Both the position numbers and the translations under genes were made by a program. A stretch of 64,000 bases of DNA. Source: Lama glama (Eukaryota). The stretch covers positions 55,430,001 to 55,494,000 of the forward strand of contig CM052816.1 of the NCBI GenBank assembly GCA_028534125.1. Reading direction: 5' to 3'. This document shows, piece by piece, positions 23,590 to 37,627 of the stretch. The notes under the pieces were generated by a model. It had not been told where the DNA came from. It did not search any database and was given only the letters and a program-made list of their open reading frames with translations. The stretch's first letter is position 1, and each line of letters begins with the position of its first letter.

Positions 23590-24560
23590 ATTCTAAATAA
23601 AAAATTAACAAATCACATCCAACAATATGTAAAATCAGATAATACATAGCTGTAACTAGTCTGAGGTATTTACCTAAGAGAATGAAAACATATGCCTATA
23701 AAAAGACTTGTATATAAACATTAGTAACAGCCCAAACTGAAAACAATCCAAATACCTACCCACAGGTGAATAGATCAACAAGTTATTGTATATTTATACA
23801 ATGGAATAACACTCAGCAACAAAAAGGAATAAATCATTGATAAACACAATAACATGGATGAATTTCACAAACGTTACACTAGGTAAAAGTGGCCAGGCAT
23901 AAGAAGAGTGCATACTATATGATTCCACTTATATGAAATTCTAAGTAAGTTAAAACTCACAGCCGTTTTAAAAAATGACACCAGTGTTTTATTAAAGTGA
24001 GGATAGGGGGAGTGTTTAGTCCACTGGGGCTGCCACACCAGAAGTACCATAAGCTAGGATGGCTTAAACAGCAAACATTCACTTCTCACAGTTCTGGAGA
24101 CTGGGAAGTCCAAGTTCAAGGTGCCAGCAGATTCAGTGTCTGGTGAGAGCTTGCCTCCTGCTTCATGGATGGCTGTCTTCTTGCTGTGTCTCACATGGTG
24201 GGAGGTGGGCTAGCTAGCTCTCTGGACTCTTTTTGTAAGTGCCCTAATGCCATTCATGAGGGCTCCACCTTCATGACCTGATTACCTCCCCAAGACCCCA
24301 CCTCCTAACACCATCACATTGGAAGTTAGGATTCCAACATTGGGATTTGGAGAGCTGGTGTCAAACATTCAGTCCATTGCAGAGAGATTGACTATAAAGT
24401 GGCACAAGTGAACTTTGGGAAGATGGCAATGTTCTATATCTTGATTTTGATTGCAATTACATAGGTGTATATATTTGTCAAGTCATCAACTCATATAATT
24501 GAAATATGTGAATTTTATTATTATAAATTATACATTAACTTTTTTATTAAAAGAAAGAAT
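23590..24560 (+). mobile_element. Old LINE-1 3' region containing a MaLR LTR (MLT1A/B-like, ~24013-24381)
   Basis: L1 'atggaataacactcagcaacaaaaaggaat' motifs; the MLT1 block 'cttctcacagttctggagactgggaagtccaag' lies inside. Confidence 0.7.
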
Positions 24561-25469
24561 ATTATTGAAAAGTGATAAGTGATATCCTTTTCACACACAA
24601 AAAAATTGTTTTAATCTCAATGCTGATAATTCCATTCTGACTCTCACTTTCTTCCTCTCCCACTCACTCTGTATATTACCAGTGCTGCGACCCCAGTGGG
24701 CTCTCCAACTTTTCACTCTCCCTCACTAACTCCTGTCCTTCTTTTATCCCTTATCCCACTAAGATCCCATGGTCTATCTTTAGAATCACTCCCTTACATC
24801 CCTCATCTTTCTTGCCCTGCACTTCAACTGGCTAAACAGTATCCCAGACTAAATTACTCTGCCTACTCCACACCCACGCCTAATCAGCTGGATGTGGTTG
24901 GAGAAAAATGACCCAAGTAGGACAACTGGCCTCATTTGGAATTCATGACCACTATAGTGGTTGATAGTGTTACCAGCATTGCCCTAGTTAATCCTCTGCC
25001 CCACTTATCTTGACAATTATTTCTTATCTTCTCATGGATAGTCCCATGCCAAGGGTTCCCCATGATAAAGAGGGATTCTGTAATTACAAGGGAAGTGGGG
25101 TACTGGTCGAACAAAAACAAGTCTATTCTGCTTTTCTAAAAGACTGGTACTTTGCTAAATTACCCTTTGATACCAAATGTAAGCGTTTCTTAGTATGAAC
25201 ATTTAAATCCCTAGTTGTAAATATTAAAATTATTTCTTCCTTATTTACAAAAATTATTTTACTTATAAATATAAATATTAAAATGACTTTTTAAAAACTC
25301 AGTTGTGGTTGCTTTATCTCATTTTTTGGATCTTTAATCAGTTCCAGATTACAATTATATTATATTCTTTCTTTCTTCCTTTCATATAAACTTTTCCCTT
25401 GATTGGTAACACGATTAAGTTTTTACAAGTTATTCCAAAATTTACGTCTAGAAAAAAAAAGAGTATGTC

Positions 25470-26045
25470 CTCTTATTCCTTGTTTCTATCAGGGTTTTAA
25501 GTGGCAAACAACAGAATCTACCTTGGCTGTCTTAAGTGGGAAAAGAATTAATTAAAGTCTAGTAGGGAGCTCACAGAAGCTCCAAGAAGGTTTGAAAACC
25601 AGGCTTGGATGCTAAGCAGTCAGGAACAATGTCCAATTACTCTGCAGGAGCCACTATAGTTCAACACCCCTGCTGCCACCAGTTGGCACCTCCACCATGA
25701 CCTGCACAGATGCTGCCCAGCTCACGCTGGTAACACTCAGGAATGGATGCCAGAAACTGATAGTGATGCTCCCAAAGAACCCAACGCTACTGTTGCCATG
25801 CTTGCCAGACGAGAAGTTCTACAAGCCTCCTTTCTCCCATTGCTCGCTGCTGAAACAAAGTCACATTCAAGTGCATCCGATTGGTGGAATTCAGGCCGTA
25901 CACACCTGTGGGACCTGGGAAAGCTAGTTTTTCGCTTCAGCCTGGGGAAGTGGAACTCATAAGACAGGACATTTTCCAAATACTAGAAGAATGTTCAAAC
26001 AGTGCTGGGCAACCAGAAATGCCCTAAATGAAAAATGTCCACAAT
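25470..26045. mobile_element. Old MaLR LTR (MLT1K/L-like)
   Basis: 'gtggcaaacaacagaatc...ttggctgtcttaag' start and 'gcatccgattggtggaattcaggcc' motif. Confidence 0.5.
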
Positions 26046-26200
26046 AACCCCTAAAAGAGAGATTTCTTTCTGTTAATGAGCACTTCCACTTCCTCTATTT
26101 TACAGTTGCAACAATATTCAAAAAACCAACTGACTGCAGAAGTGATGATACATACCAAGTATTGCAGAGTGTGCTACTTCATGGAGGACTATGATACTGA

Positions 26201-26721
26201 TGTTACCAAGTCCAAACTCGTTCTGCTTGCTGCATGGCAGGCCAATAAATCAGGAGACGAGGTGTTGGGGCTAGGAATAATGACTTTATTTGGAAAGCCA
26301 GCCAGCCAAGAAGATGGAGAACAAATGTCCTAAAGAGCCATCTTCCCCAAGTTAGAATTTAAGCTCTTTTTATACTAAAAAGGGGAGGAGGTGTGGTTGG
26401 TTGTTGCAAGCTTCTTGGTGTCAGAATCCTTTGTTCTTGCAGCTGTCCACATAGGTCAGGTCATGGCATTCCTGCAACCCTCCAATAAGACAAATGTTAT
26501 TTTCTATTCTGCAATTTTTTAATCTTTATATGAATGGGAAAGTGTTATACTCTTAAAGATCAGAACCTTGAGAATGGGCTATCCTATATATTTCAGGCTA
26601 TCGGCAACATTCTTTTAGAAAAGGTGCAGAGCCAGCATGATTAAGCACCAAAAACAGAGCACAGGGTTAGAGACAAAGGGACAGATCTGATACGGAGTCA
26701 GATCTGTTCTTCCCTACTACA
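26201..26721 (-). mobile_element. ERV solo LTR (relatively young)
   Basis: TG...CA termini with 4-bp TSD CTGA (26197-26200, 26722-26725); TTTATT gives a polyA signal on the minus strand. Confidence 0.8.
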
Positions 26722-28772
26722 CTGATACCAGAATAATGCAGTTACCCCTTATTTCACCATATTCCAAATTCAGAGGGACTTCAGCTGTAATCCTCACTTT
26801 AACACAATAATGGTATAAATGTGCATGGAAAATATTTTGCAGAAATCATTCACCTGCACCAAAACTCAACCATTTTATAACTACAAAAATATTGTTTCTT
26901 GAGAATCAGAATAATCTCAGTTTTTGATAGGTAGGGTAGTCTGAGCATTTGAATTCCGAAGAATAATTGTGCCTTTTACAGCTATTCTCATATTTACAAA
27001 ATAGTATAATAACATTCACTTTCAATATGATTACTTCTATTCCTTTATATAATGCAAAGATTTCCTCTTGTCTGCCACGATACATATTTATTTCTCTCTG
27101 TGTACATGTTGACAGTGCAAATAATGACTTCTTTTTTTTTTTTTCACTTTTTCCTGTCAGCGGCTGTCCTATAAATCATGCAAGTCTTGGAATCTCTGAT
27201 TAAATACAGAAAATTGAGCTCATTTAACCCTTTTATGGGATATCATTTTCAAATGTTTTCTTCGTAGAATCACTGCATTGTTTTTCCTCACACACTTGCC
27301 TTGGTGGCGAGGCAGGCGTGGGTCACACTGCCATCTGGTGTGGCTGGGACAAACTTCCTTCCATTCCGTAGAAGCTACCAGGGAAGGGACGCCATTGCTG
27401 AGTCACGCCTCAGGCTGAACTTGGCTCTGGAGGACTTTGCAGGCCTACATAAAATGAGGGGAGAGGTTTGCATCAAGAGCAAACACAAATCATTTTATAG
27501 AGGAGGGGAAAACCATAAGTATTGAGCATTTTAATTCAGCAAATGTTTCTTAGGGCTCACTGCAGGTAAGGTCTGTGCTTGGTCCCACACGTGGCACAAA
27601 CATGAGGAAGGCACAAACCCCGTCCCAGAGGATTTAGCAATTTACAACAGCATGCAATACACGCTGAGTACACAAAGTGCACAGGCTAAAGGGATCACAA
27701 GAAATGATACAAAACAAAAACAGACTTTTAGGGGCACGGTATTTGGAACAGGCCTTGAAGAAGACTTGGGAGTTTATAGGCTGAGACAGGAAACCGAGGA
27801 GGAAGAGGAGAAACACACACTAAAAACAGTAAAATGATAAATTGAAACCTCTTTTAATTTACTCTTTTTTAAAAAAAAGAGTCTTATTTTTATCTTGCCA
27901 CTTGTAGAAGAGAAACCTCTACAAAATTTTATTTGCCAAAGCATAGAACAGAAAATTTATAGTTTTCATAGTGACTTGTGATTAGAGTTTTATTATTAGA
28001 AGGGTGAAAGATATTTAACTAGAAACACTGATAAATTTTGCTTTCTCTGAAAAGTAATTCCTAAATGATAGTGTTGGACAATACTTCCATTGTTTTCTTC
28101 AAATCTCTTTTGCCTAAAAATGAATAAATGAATAAGTAAAAGGTAAAAATTCCTCCATATAGATCAAAGACAAGCTTATTTATATATTCACTGACCATAA
28201 ATTAATTAACGGTTGTTAAAGCTTTTTAAAAAGTGTTTGGTAACCTATGTGACGACGTAGGAATTCATATCAACTTCATCTTCTCATTTAGTCTGACGGT
28301 AAAATTAATACTTTTATTCTGTATGTGTTTCTTTCAACATCTTCAACTGTAATTTCATCTATTTGAACTATAGTCTAGACAGAGCTATCATGGTATTTTG
28401 CAATTTTGAATTTAAATTTTGATTTCATAGAAAAGCATGTTCTTAGCATTTTTTAAAGAATTTTGTAAGTGTTCAGTGTCAGAGAAACAAATCGGTAACT
28501 TTTGAATTTTCATTAGAATAGTCTTCAAATACATGTCCACTAATCTTGAGAAAATAATGATTTATGTAGGTTGAATAATAACCACAACAAAATGCTTTTT
28601 AAATATAAAATTCTATGAATCCAAAACTTTGAAAAAAAACTTTCCTTTTTTTATATGAACAGAATCATACATATATACATATATTAAAGGTATATGATAG
28701 AGCTTGCTTTATGTGATACTAGGATTATATATCTTACATATGTTAGATAAAAAATGAGGAGGATTGCAAAAT

Positions 28773-28867
28773 CTTTTTTTTTTTTTTTACTTTTTTTGTT
28801 ATTGATTTCTTTTTCTTAATGGAGGTACTGGGAATTGAAACCAGGCATACACTCCACCACTCCCCAC
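28773..28867 (-). mobile_element. Truncated Vic-1-like SINE
   Basis: Poly-T then 'aatggaggtactgggaattgaaaccagg'; 'caaaatct' occurs on both flanks. Confidence 0.75.
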
Positions 28868-29454
28868 AAAATCTCATTTTTTAAATGTTGTTTTTCTTAA
28901 GTGTGTTTCTAAAATATAAATCATCTTTAATTGATTTGGTTTTATCTCTCTTCTTTCTTCCTATTAAAAAGAATCCTATAGAATAAATAACATTCTAAAA
29001 ACTAATTCCGTACTTAAGAGATAAATATTCAATACAGTGTTGTAATATGTAATAACAGTTAATATTGCATCACAATTCCCCACATACTATCAAACCAAAT
29101 TTTTATTGTGAATGTATTCTTCTTGTCCCATGGTTTAATTATACAGAATTTTGTAACAACTAATAGAAAAATATATGTGAAATGGCCTAACACATAGTTT
29201 GATACATAAAAAGTACTCAAGTACTTTTTGGGTTGAGTACCCCAAAATGCAAAGATCTGCCCTCTCTCCCTGAGTGATCTGTTATTAATATGGCCTTTTA
29301 CTATTTTGTAGGAAGAAGCTTGGCTCAAACTTATTTACCTGAGATTCACACATGTGGGAGTCTGATTGGAGGGGCTGTGAGGTACATAAGCAATAGTAGC
29401 AGAGTTAAAATTTAGCGGGAATATGTACTCCAGTCAAGTATGTGTATTCTACCT

Positions 29455-29650
29455 CTCTGGACTCATAGAATCCTCACAAGAACGTTTGAAGGTAAGTGAT
29501 GCCATTGCCCCATTTCGCACCTTAGACAACTGAGACACACAGAGGTTAAGTAACTTGCCCAAGGTCACACAGCTAGTAAGGGAAGAGCTTGGGTTCAAAC
29601 CCAGGCAAATTGTCCCTGGGGTCTGTGAGTTTAACAACCATTCTATAATA
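29455..29650 (-). mobile_element. MIR SINE
   Basis: Core 'aactgagacacacagaggttaagtaacttgcccaaggtcacacagctagtaag'. Confidence 0.85.
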
Positions 29651-31592
29651 ACAAGAGTCTGCTTCTAGAAAAGTCTTTAAAGGAGTGCTAAAGGAGTCCT
29701 GGCACAGATAGACTTGCCAAGGACAAAGGGCCAGAGTGAAAAGAGAGGAGGCGTTTGGAGTGTTACTCCTACTGCACTCTGTGAGTGACTTGCATCAGGG
29801 TTCTGGGAAATGGAGCCTAAAATAGAACAGATTTAGGGAGCTGAGAATTAATTAGGGTAATGTTAGCTGCTGTACAAATAAGTCTCAAATTTTCAGTAAC
29901 TTATCACAATAGAAATGCATTCCTTTAATTGTGGTAAACTATACATAACATGCAATTTACTGTTTTATCACTTTAAAGTATATAGAAAATGTATTTCTCA
30001 CTTACAGAAGAGTCCAAGGTGCGTGTCCTGGTTCCTTCCATCCTATATTCTGACATTCCCTGAGGTCTTAGAGCCAGTGGGAGGGGGAAGAAAGCACAGA
30101 TAGGAGGCACACCTACTTCTTAAACTCCTTGGCCTGGAAATGATACACATCAGGTCTGTTCGCATTGCAGGGAACTAGTTCCGTAACTCCAGAGAATGCA
30201 AAGGTGGAGTGAGAGCCTTGGAAAGGTTTTTAAACGCCTGCACATCTACTTCCTGGCATTAATTCTACATAACAGAATTCTGGGAGGCAGCTAGCCATCT
30301 CTGCCAAAGGCTCCTTCACTAAATTCTCTCCAGTCTCTGGCAACTCCAAGAAGCACTGTGTTAGAACCCAGGTAAAAAGCATAAGACAAAGGACATAAAG
30401 GAATCCTTCCCAGTTTAGCAGGAAATCTATTGTGCCATGAAGTCTTTAACACATCAGTGCCACCACCAATGTCTTCATCAACAGGCAGGACACTAGCAAC
30501 GCTGCCAGCAAAAGGGGCCAAGGTGCCTGCAGAGACATCAGCATCTTTGACTTGGGTGGTCTCACCCCTGACGGAGCAGGACAGCCAGCAGCAGTGCCTT
30601 TGGCAGGGGACCGAGAGAGCAGAGCCCTGGAGAGCTCTGGGCGTGGAAGGTTAAGTTTCGCTGGGCACCAGCAGTGTCTCTGGGGGAATCTGAGGTGTCA
30701 GCAGTGGGTCATGTGAGGATGGAGGTTGGGGGCTGTGGGAAAAATCCAGAGCAAGAAAGGAAGAAATCAGCAAGCCCTTCGTGGTACCTGAGAGGATGCT
30801 CTTTGTGACTGTATGTGAGCTAGCTCCTATGACGCACAGAAACCAGTTAAGATTAAGGCTTTGTTGTGAAGTTGGTGGGGGCCAAACAAAAGAATATTAT
30901 AGCGATCTGGGCTTCACTCCAAGGCTGGGGTGGGCTTGAAACTGAAATTCTGAAAAACCATTTCCCTGAGAGAGAGATCAACATGGGAGTGATGAGATAG
31001 GACTTGGGAGACATCTGAACTTATCTGGGAGCCAAAGCTGTGGTACTCCGTTCCCGGGAGCCACCTCACAACTTCAATCACGGCAGCTTTGAGTCAGGGA
31101 ACAGGGGTCTCCTAAAAGCTACTAGAGGGAAAAGCTGTGACACAAACTGGCTTTCAGGATCATACACTTGCCATGAAGAGGATGAGCTAAGACCTGGTGC
31201 TACTTAGAAGAGGAGGTAAGACGCTGAGCTTCAGCGGGGGTGGGGGGCGGGATCTGCTGGGGGCGGGACCTGCTGCAGGCAACTGGAAAGAGCAGGGGGA
31301 GCTGGGATGAAGAGAGAAAGAGACTTCCAAGACCCAGAGCCACAGAGCTTTCCAGGGTGGACAGTTGTCAGAACAAAGCTCCACGGTCTTCACTCTGGAA
31401 AAGTGTCTTTGGGGCTTAGGAAGGAAATGGACTTCAGCCTCCAGAGGACCAGATATGAACCTGGAGTGCCTAGGGCAAAGCCAGAGGACTGTCTGTGACA
31501 GAGTGGAGAAGGCAGAAGCTTACAGCCAGAGAGTATGGCGCTCACAACCAGGGGTCAGACTGGACTGACCAAGGACAGAATGTGGCCCCAAG

Positions 31593-32092
31593 NNNNNNNN
31601 NNNNNNNNNNNNNNNNNNNNNNNNNNNNNNNNNNNNNNNNNNNNNNNNNNNNNNNNNNNNNNNNNNNNNNNNNNNNNNNNNNNNNNNNNNNNNNNNNNNN
31701 NNNNNNNNNNNNNNNNNNNNNNNNNNNNNNNNNNNNNNNNNNNNNNNNNNNNNNNNNNNNNNNNNNNNNNNNNNNNNNNNNNNNNNNNNNNNNNNNNNNN
31801 NNNNNNNNNNNNNNNNNNNNNNNNNNNNNNNNNNNNNNNNNNNNNNNNNNNNNNNNNNNNNNNNNNNNNNNNNNNNNNNNNNNNNNNNNNNNNNNNNNNN
31901 NNNNNNNNNNNNNNNNNNNNNNNNNNNNNNNNNNNNNNNNNNNNNNNNNNNNNNNNNNNNNNNNNNNNNNNNNNNNNNNNNNNNNNNNNNNNNNNNNNNN
32001 NNNNNNNNNNNNNNNNNNNNNNNNNNNNNNNNNNNNNNNNNNNNNNNNNNNNNNNNNNNNNNNNNNNNNNNNNNNNNNNNNNNNNNNNNNNN
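31593..32092. other. Assembly gap (500 N)
   Basis: Run of N. The flanks 31394-31592 and 32093-32291 are identical 199-bp copies. Confidence 0.98.
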
Positions 32093-32274
32093 TCTGGAAA
32101 AGTGTCTTTGGGGCTTAGGAAGGAAATGGACTTCAGCCTCCAGAGGACCAGATATGAACCTGGAGTGCCTAGGGCAAAGCCAGAGGACTGTCTGTGACAG
32201 AGTGGAGAAGGCAGAAGCTTACAGCCAGAGAGTATGGCGCTCACAACCAGGGGTCAGACTGGACTGACCAAGGA

Positions 32275-32440
32275 CAGAATGTGGCCCCAAGACCAGCAGC
32301 ACCAGTTCCACCTGGAAACCTGTTTGAAATACAAATTCTCGGGCCCCAACCCTAGCCTACTTAATCAGAAAACCTGAGAGCAGAGCTTAGCAACCTGTGT
32401 TTTAATAAACCATTCAGGTGATTTTGATGCAGACTAGGGG
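32275..32440. mobile_element. MER5-like hAT-Charlie MITE
   Basis: 'accagcagcaccagttccacctggaaacctgtttgaaatacaaattctcgggcccc...caggtgattttgatgca'. Confidence 0.75.
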
Positions 32441-35400
32441 ATCTAAGGGACCCAAAAGATGGGAGGGAAGGGAGCTATATAGTGGAGATTAGTACCACAG
32501 GTAAGATAGACTCCAAATAATAAGCTATATGATGGAACCTATGATCTGGGAAGCCTTGTTTCCTTTTACTTGTCCTCCCACAGATTCTGAAATGAGAGAC
32601 ATATTAAGACATATACACAAGCTGTATATAGTGAGACTAGTATTTCAACTCACAAAGCATCTTGTGCGAGATTGGTAGGCATAGATGCTTACAAAGACTA
32701 GGAGCATGGCAGCCTCAGGTAGTATCTTAGAGCAGAAAACACAGATCTGCTTGACACTAATCCTGCCATGGCCTCTCCTCTCCTGCCATCCCCCATCAAT
32801 TCCCTAGACATTCAATACATTTTCATGTAGCCTCCTCTGAATAACAGTGCATTCTCACTCCCACCGTATCATCCATTATCTTTTTTATCAGCATTTGGTA
32901 TAAACACACAATAAAATCTTTCTTATTCAGTGTTATTTCTTCTCTTTATTAAATCTACCAGCATGGCAACAGTATTGCTTTCTACTTTTTTTTTTTTTTT
33001 TTTTTTGCTTGTGAACATTTCAGCCTTACTATGGACTCACAATGGAGCTGACCTTGGAGCTACCACATCTTCATTTTTCGGTAGAAAAATGCATTTCAAT
33101 TTCTGAACAATAAATTTACAATTGAACTTTGGATCATAATCACAGATAGGGGGTAGCATGACCCTCACACACCAGCTGGAACAAAAAATGTCTATTCAAA
33201 GGGTACCATCAAGGAGATGAAACAAAGTCTACCACAACAGGGCTCAAATCTGCTTTGAAATGCTGGATCTAACTTCTCTTCTCTTCCCTCCATTAAAAAA
33301 CAAATAAATAAAGAGGGAGGGAAAAAAGGAAGGAAGGCAGGAGAGACATAGGGAAGAAGGAAACAGTCATAATTTAGAATTGCATAGATTCTCATCACTG
33401 AGCTGAATTACCCTCATCTGCAAACCTACCCTTAGAAGCCCTAACAACCCAAGAAGACCACATCTGTCTGGTACTCAAAACGTCAGTGGGATTCAGTAAT
33501 ACTGTTCTCTGATAAACTAATTAATCTGCCTCTCACAGCAAGGCATACATTGTTTTATCAAGAGAAAGAAATGCTAAGGCCAAGGCAGCTTTTATATAGC
33601 TAGAGGATGCTAACGGAGAGGTTCAAGGGCATGTCTTTTATAATTAGGAGGAACAGACGGCCGATGATGAGGGCTAGGAAATGAACTCCCTTCTGCCAGA
33701 AAAGGACCAGGGAATGCTGTGTTGCAAAATGCAACTGTGGATTCCAGGGAATCAAAATATTCTGAACAAGCCCTTACTGCACTACAAATACCCGCCCCTG
33801 CATAGCGCTGCCAGGATACTTCGTCTGCAGACAACTGCGCCCATGATGCCCACCCCCACCCCCGTCTTTGCCTTACACAGTCTTTCTCCCTCTGTTCTCC
33901 CTCAGTTAAATGTGTTCAGTGAATCCATCTTTTTGACTCTCAGTGTGTGGAGGGATGTAGATAGAACGTGTAGCCCAGCTAGAGAAGTTCTGTGTGGGAA
34001 CATGCATTGTGAGCTACTGGTCCAAAAGTAATCTACCATGTTCTTTACACACCTTCCTGCTGAAACTCAGATTCCACCATCAAGTCATTTTTCTGATTTA
34101 GAAAAACCGGAGCATTGTTTCCAGAAGGCCAGTAGTCACAGTTCACAGAGAATAGAGCTCCCTGGAAGCTCATACCTCTCTCATCTGTGGAGGTTAAATT
34201 ACAACGTCAGCCACTTGTAATTTGGAGAAACAAAGTCCAGCCTGAGAGGCTGTGACAAAGGCAGGTACATTTAAATTGAGGGGTAGGTAGATGAAAAAGA
34301 AGGCAGGGAAAACCTGTGAGTCCAGCAGTCTCATGGAAAAACACCCATGGGGTCAGCTGTAATGTATCAAGACTTTAGGGCACATCATGGCAGACTCACC
34401 CAGATACAGCCCTGGAAAGGGCTCTAATCTTGGAATCTCTCCCCATCTCCGCTTCTACTCCTTTTCTCTGGGTTTCCCTTCATATACCATCTTTTCTCTC
34501 TCTCCAGAGTCACAACTCAAAGAAAGCAAACACAGTTCTCTCTGGATCTAATTTACTCCTCCGTGAAATAAAAGTAATAGACCAGACTACAGTTGCCACC
34601 CTAGGATAAAGAGCCACTCAAGATATCCAGGTGGAGGAATGCTCCCTTTTAGTCCTAGCTAAACAAATAACAGGGTGAGGAGACAGAAGGCTTTTCAGAT
34701 GAGCCAAAGATGTCCTGGAAAATAAATAGGTTTCAAATAAGTCCCCTAACCCAGGCCTAGAAAAATAACGTGGGTTCCAGCTCTTTCCACCAATAATAAC
34801 CCAGAGATTCTCCCAACAGTTACCTAGCGTCATCTTAGTTTCTTGCCTTCGTCTTGAAGAAGGTTAAACATCAGATCTGATGAATCTGAACCCAGGGTAC
34901 TTGTAAAAATTTGCAAAGTGCTTTCACATACATTGCTTCCCAACAAATTCATATGTTCATCTGCATAGATCTAGCTATGATATAAGCTGGAGTGATGGCT
35001 ATAACAGATTGCCCCCCAAAAAACAGTGACTTAAAGGAGAAAAAAAGAACAATCGGTTTGTTTTCTTATATTACAGAACTGACAGAATTCCACTCCACAT
35101 GATCATTCAGCCCAGCACAGTGGGGAAGGAGAAGGCTTAGGGAAAGTATAACTAATGTCTTAAATCCCAGGAATCAGTACATTTCGCTTCCACTCATATT
35201 CCATCACCTCACTTTCCTGCAAAGTAGCCTGGGAAATATGGTCTAACTAGGCAGCCATGTGCCCAGCTTCAATGATTTTAGTATGGAAGAAGGAAATAGA
35301 TTTTGATAGACAGACAGACAGACAGACAGACATAGGTTCAAGGTCAGATTTAGACTTAAATTTAGATTTGGTAGTTTATTTTCTCAGCTTTAAAGAGATG

Positions 35401-36088
35401 AGGCTTATAAAGGATACAAAGCTTCCCCAAAGTTGTATACCTAGTAGATGGTAAATCTGAAAACTCTAGCATAGGTCTTCTGAATTTAGGAGAGCTTTGA
35501 ATACCATGCAATACCACAGAAGGTTTTGAGGAAGAAGTGATGTGATCCAACTTTTAAGAAGATGATTTATCAGCAGTGTGAAGAGTGAATCATAGGAAGA
35601 AGAAACGAAGACAGGCAACTAGAGAAACAGTCCAACTTTAACAATGGCTTAACCCAAAACAGTGGGGATTTAAAGAAAACAGATACTGGAGCAGAGGTTT
35701 AGAATTTAGGGCCCATGGAAAGGCATCCATATTGCCAAATTTAAGTCACTTCACTAGCATTTTCCTGAAGACTCTCCTGTTTTCCTCCCACTTCTCCAGC
35801 CCCTCCTTCTCAGTCTCATTTGCTGGCGCCTCCATTGCTACCCAACCTCTGAACATTAGAGGACTCCAGGGTTCAGTTCTGAACCTTCTTCTCTACTCAC
35901 TTTACTCTCTCTCCCCTGGTTGTCTCATCTAGTTCCTGAACTTTCAATTGCATCTTAACAGTTATTTATTATCACAATAAATCTATGTAACAAACCACCC
36001 CAAAGCACAATGGCTTTAAGCAATCAACATTTATTTAGCTTGTGACTATGCAGGTTGGCTGGGTGGTCCTACCATCTTTTACTGGACT

Positions 36089-37627
36089 TGAAAGGGAGTA
36101 GGACCCTGTGCCCCCCTCCCAACGCTTCTTGTTTGTGGAGAATCTGAAGTCTCCCAGGCTTCCCTAAGTCTTAGAAGAGCAGGCTCAAGCAGCTGATTAG
36201 GACAAGCCTGCAGGCACTGGGGGATGGCGACAACTCTTACCACCTATCTCAACGATTAACTGAGATTACGCCCACATTCCCTTGAGAACTTCCAGGGCTG
36301 AACAGAATCTTTGGAGATGTTTTTTGGGGTTAAAGCAACTTTCCTTTTTGTTACCAAGGCTGTTGCCCCCAGGATCATACCCCTGCCTCTCCCTCGACTA
36401 GAAACCAATTACTCTCTCTTACCTAAGTCTCAGGAGGCAGATGCAGAGAAGAAACAAAAACTGATCAGAACGAATACCCCTTTTCTGCTCTGGATGACCC
36501 AAAAATCATACCATGGCCTCCTGGTTCCTAAGAAAACTGGAAATTCCAACATGTGTTACTTGTCAGGAATCTCAACCCCTCCTAATCTTACCCTGTGGTG
36601 GGAAGATTTCCAGCACTCTCTACCTGGAAAATTGAACTCTCAAGGCCATACAGCATTTAAATCCATTTCTTTCTCCCTTGCCTGCCCTAAACCTGGCCAC
36701 ACAGGGGATTACAACCAATCAGGCCAGGTAGAGATCAGAAGTCTATTAGAACAGGCTGAAAGCATCAGAAAAAGGGAATGAAGAACTCGGCTGGCAAATG
36801 TCCAGCGTCTTGCCTTGGCTATTGCCCTCCTTAGGCCCTGCCATAATTATCCTGGCTTCTTGGGCCATTTTTAATTCAAGTACTCTTCTGCTTCATTTCA
36901 AATTGTCTCCAGCAGTTTCAAAATAAGATTCTGCTGCTACACAGATGAAAGCCTATCCCAGGAACAGATTACCGAGACTTAGAAAAGATAGAGACTTCTA
37001 CTCTGGTACAGCAGGAAGAAGCTACAGAAGGGAGAGACCTCCATCCATTCTTCCCAAGAAGACTCTTGAGTATGAAGTCTCTCGGTGGGGAGCTGACGCA
37101 GGTGCTTAGGCAGGCTTACTGACCCCGGCCGATTAACAAGGGAAAGGAAGTACCCAGCTGATGAAAAGGGAGGATTCCTCTTCTCCACAGCCGGCTCCTT
37201 AAAATCCAAGGACACACCCCAGTATCTCTTGCTTTGTTCCAGCTGAAGTTTCTGCTAATTGCTTTTTGTTTCAAGGCTGAGCTCTGAGGGAGGAAGAAGC
37301 CTATAGCAGAAAATAATTAACACAACCACCAGAGTGAAGATAATGATGGCTGAGCCCTCTAACAAAAGACCCCTCAGCCCCACCTGGGCAGGAGCTGTCT
37401 CTACCAGACATCTTGGCTGATGGCTCCCCGCTTGAGGGCTTCCCTTTCCGCTAGAACACCTTTCTTTCCTTCTCCCTGCTTGAGTACTTTCCTTCCATTT
37501 TCCCTTCTGAGCAATAAAGTGGCCATTCACTTCGTCCCTATGCCTCTGTTGCATTGATTCTTGCACAGCCAGGGCAAAGACCACTTTGGTGGGCTTTCTA
37601 ATTTAGGGGACTCTCCATCCGCTAACA
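36089..37627 (+). mobile_element. Long ERV LTR-like element (1539 bp) nested in an MLT1 LTR
   Basis: TG...CA termini, 4-bp TSD GACT (36085-36088, 37628-37631) and AATAAA at ~37513. MLT1-like sequence resumes on both sides (~35960-36088 and ~37630-37915). Confidence 0.7.

Noticed and set aside
30291..30521. ORF containing YLGSNT, identical to a bornavirus L motif (PLYLGSNTAV)
   Set aside because: Isolated 6-mer. Flanking residues show no L similarity, and it lies 19 kb from the EBL cluster on the wrong side.
31495..32244. Three >200-aa ORFs
   Set aside because: They are artefacts of the N run.
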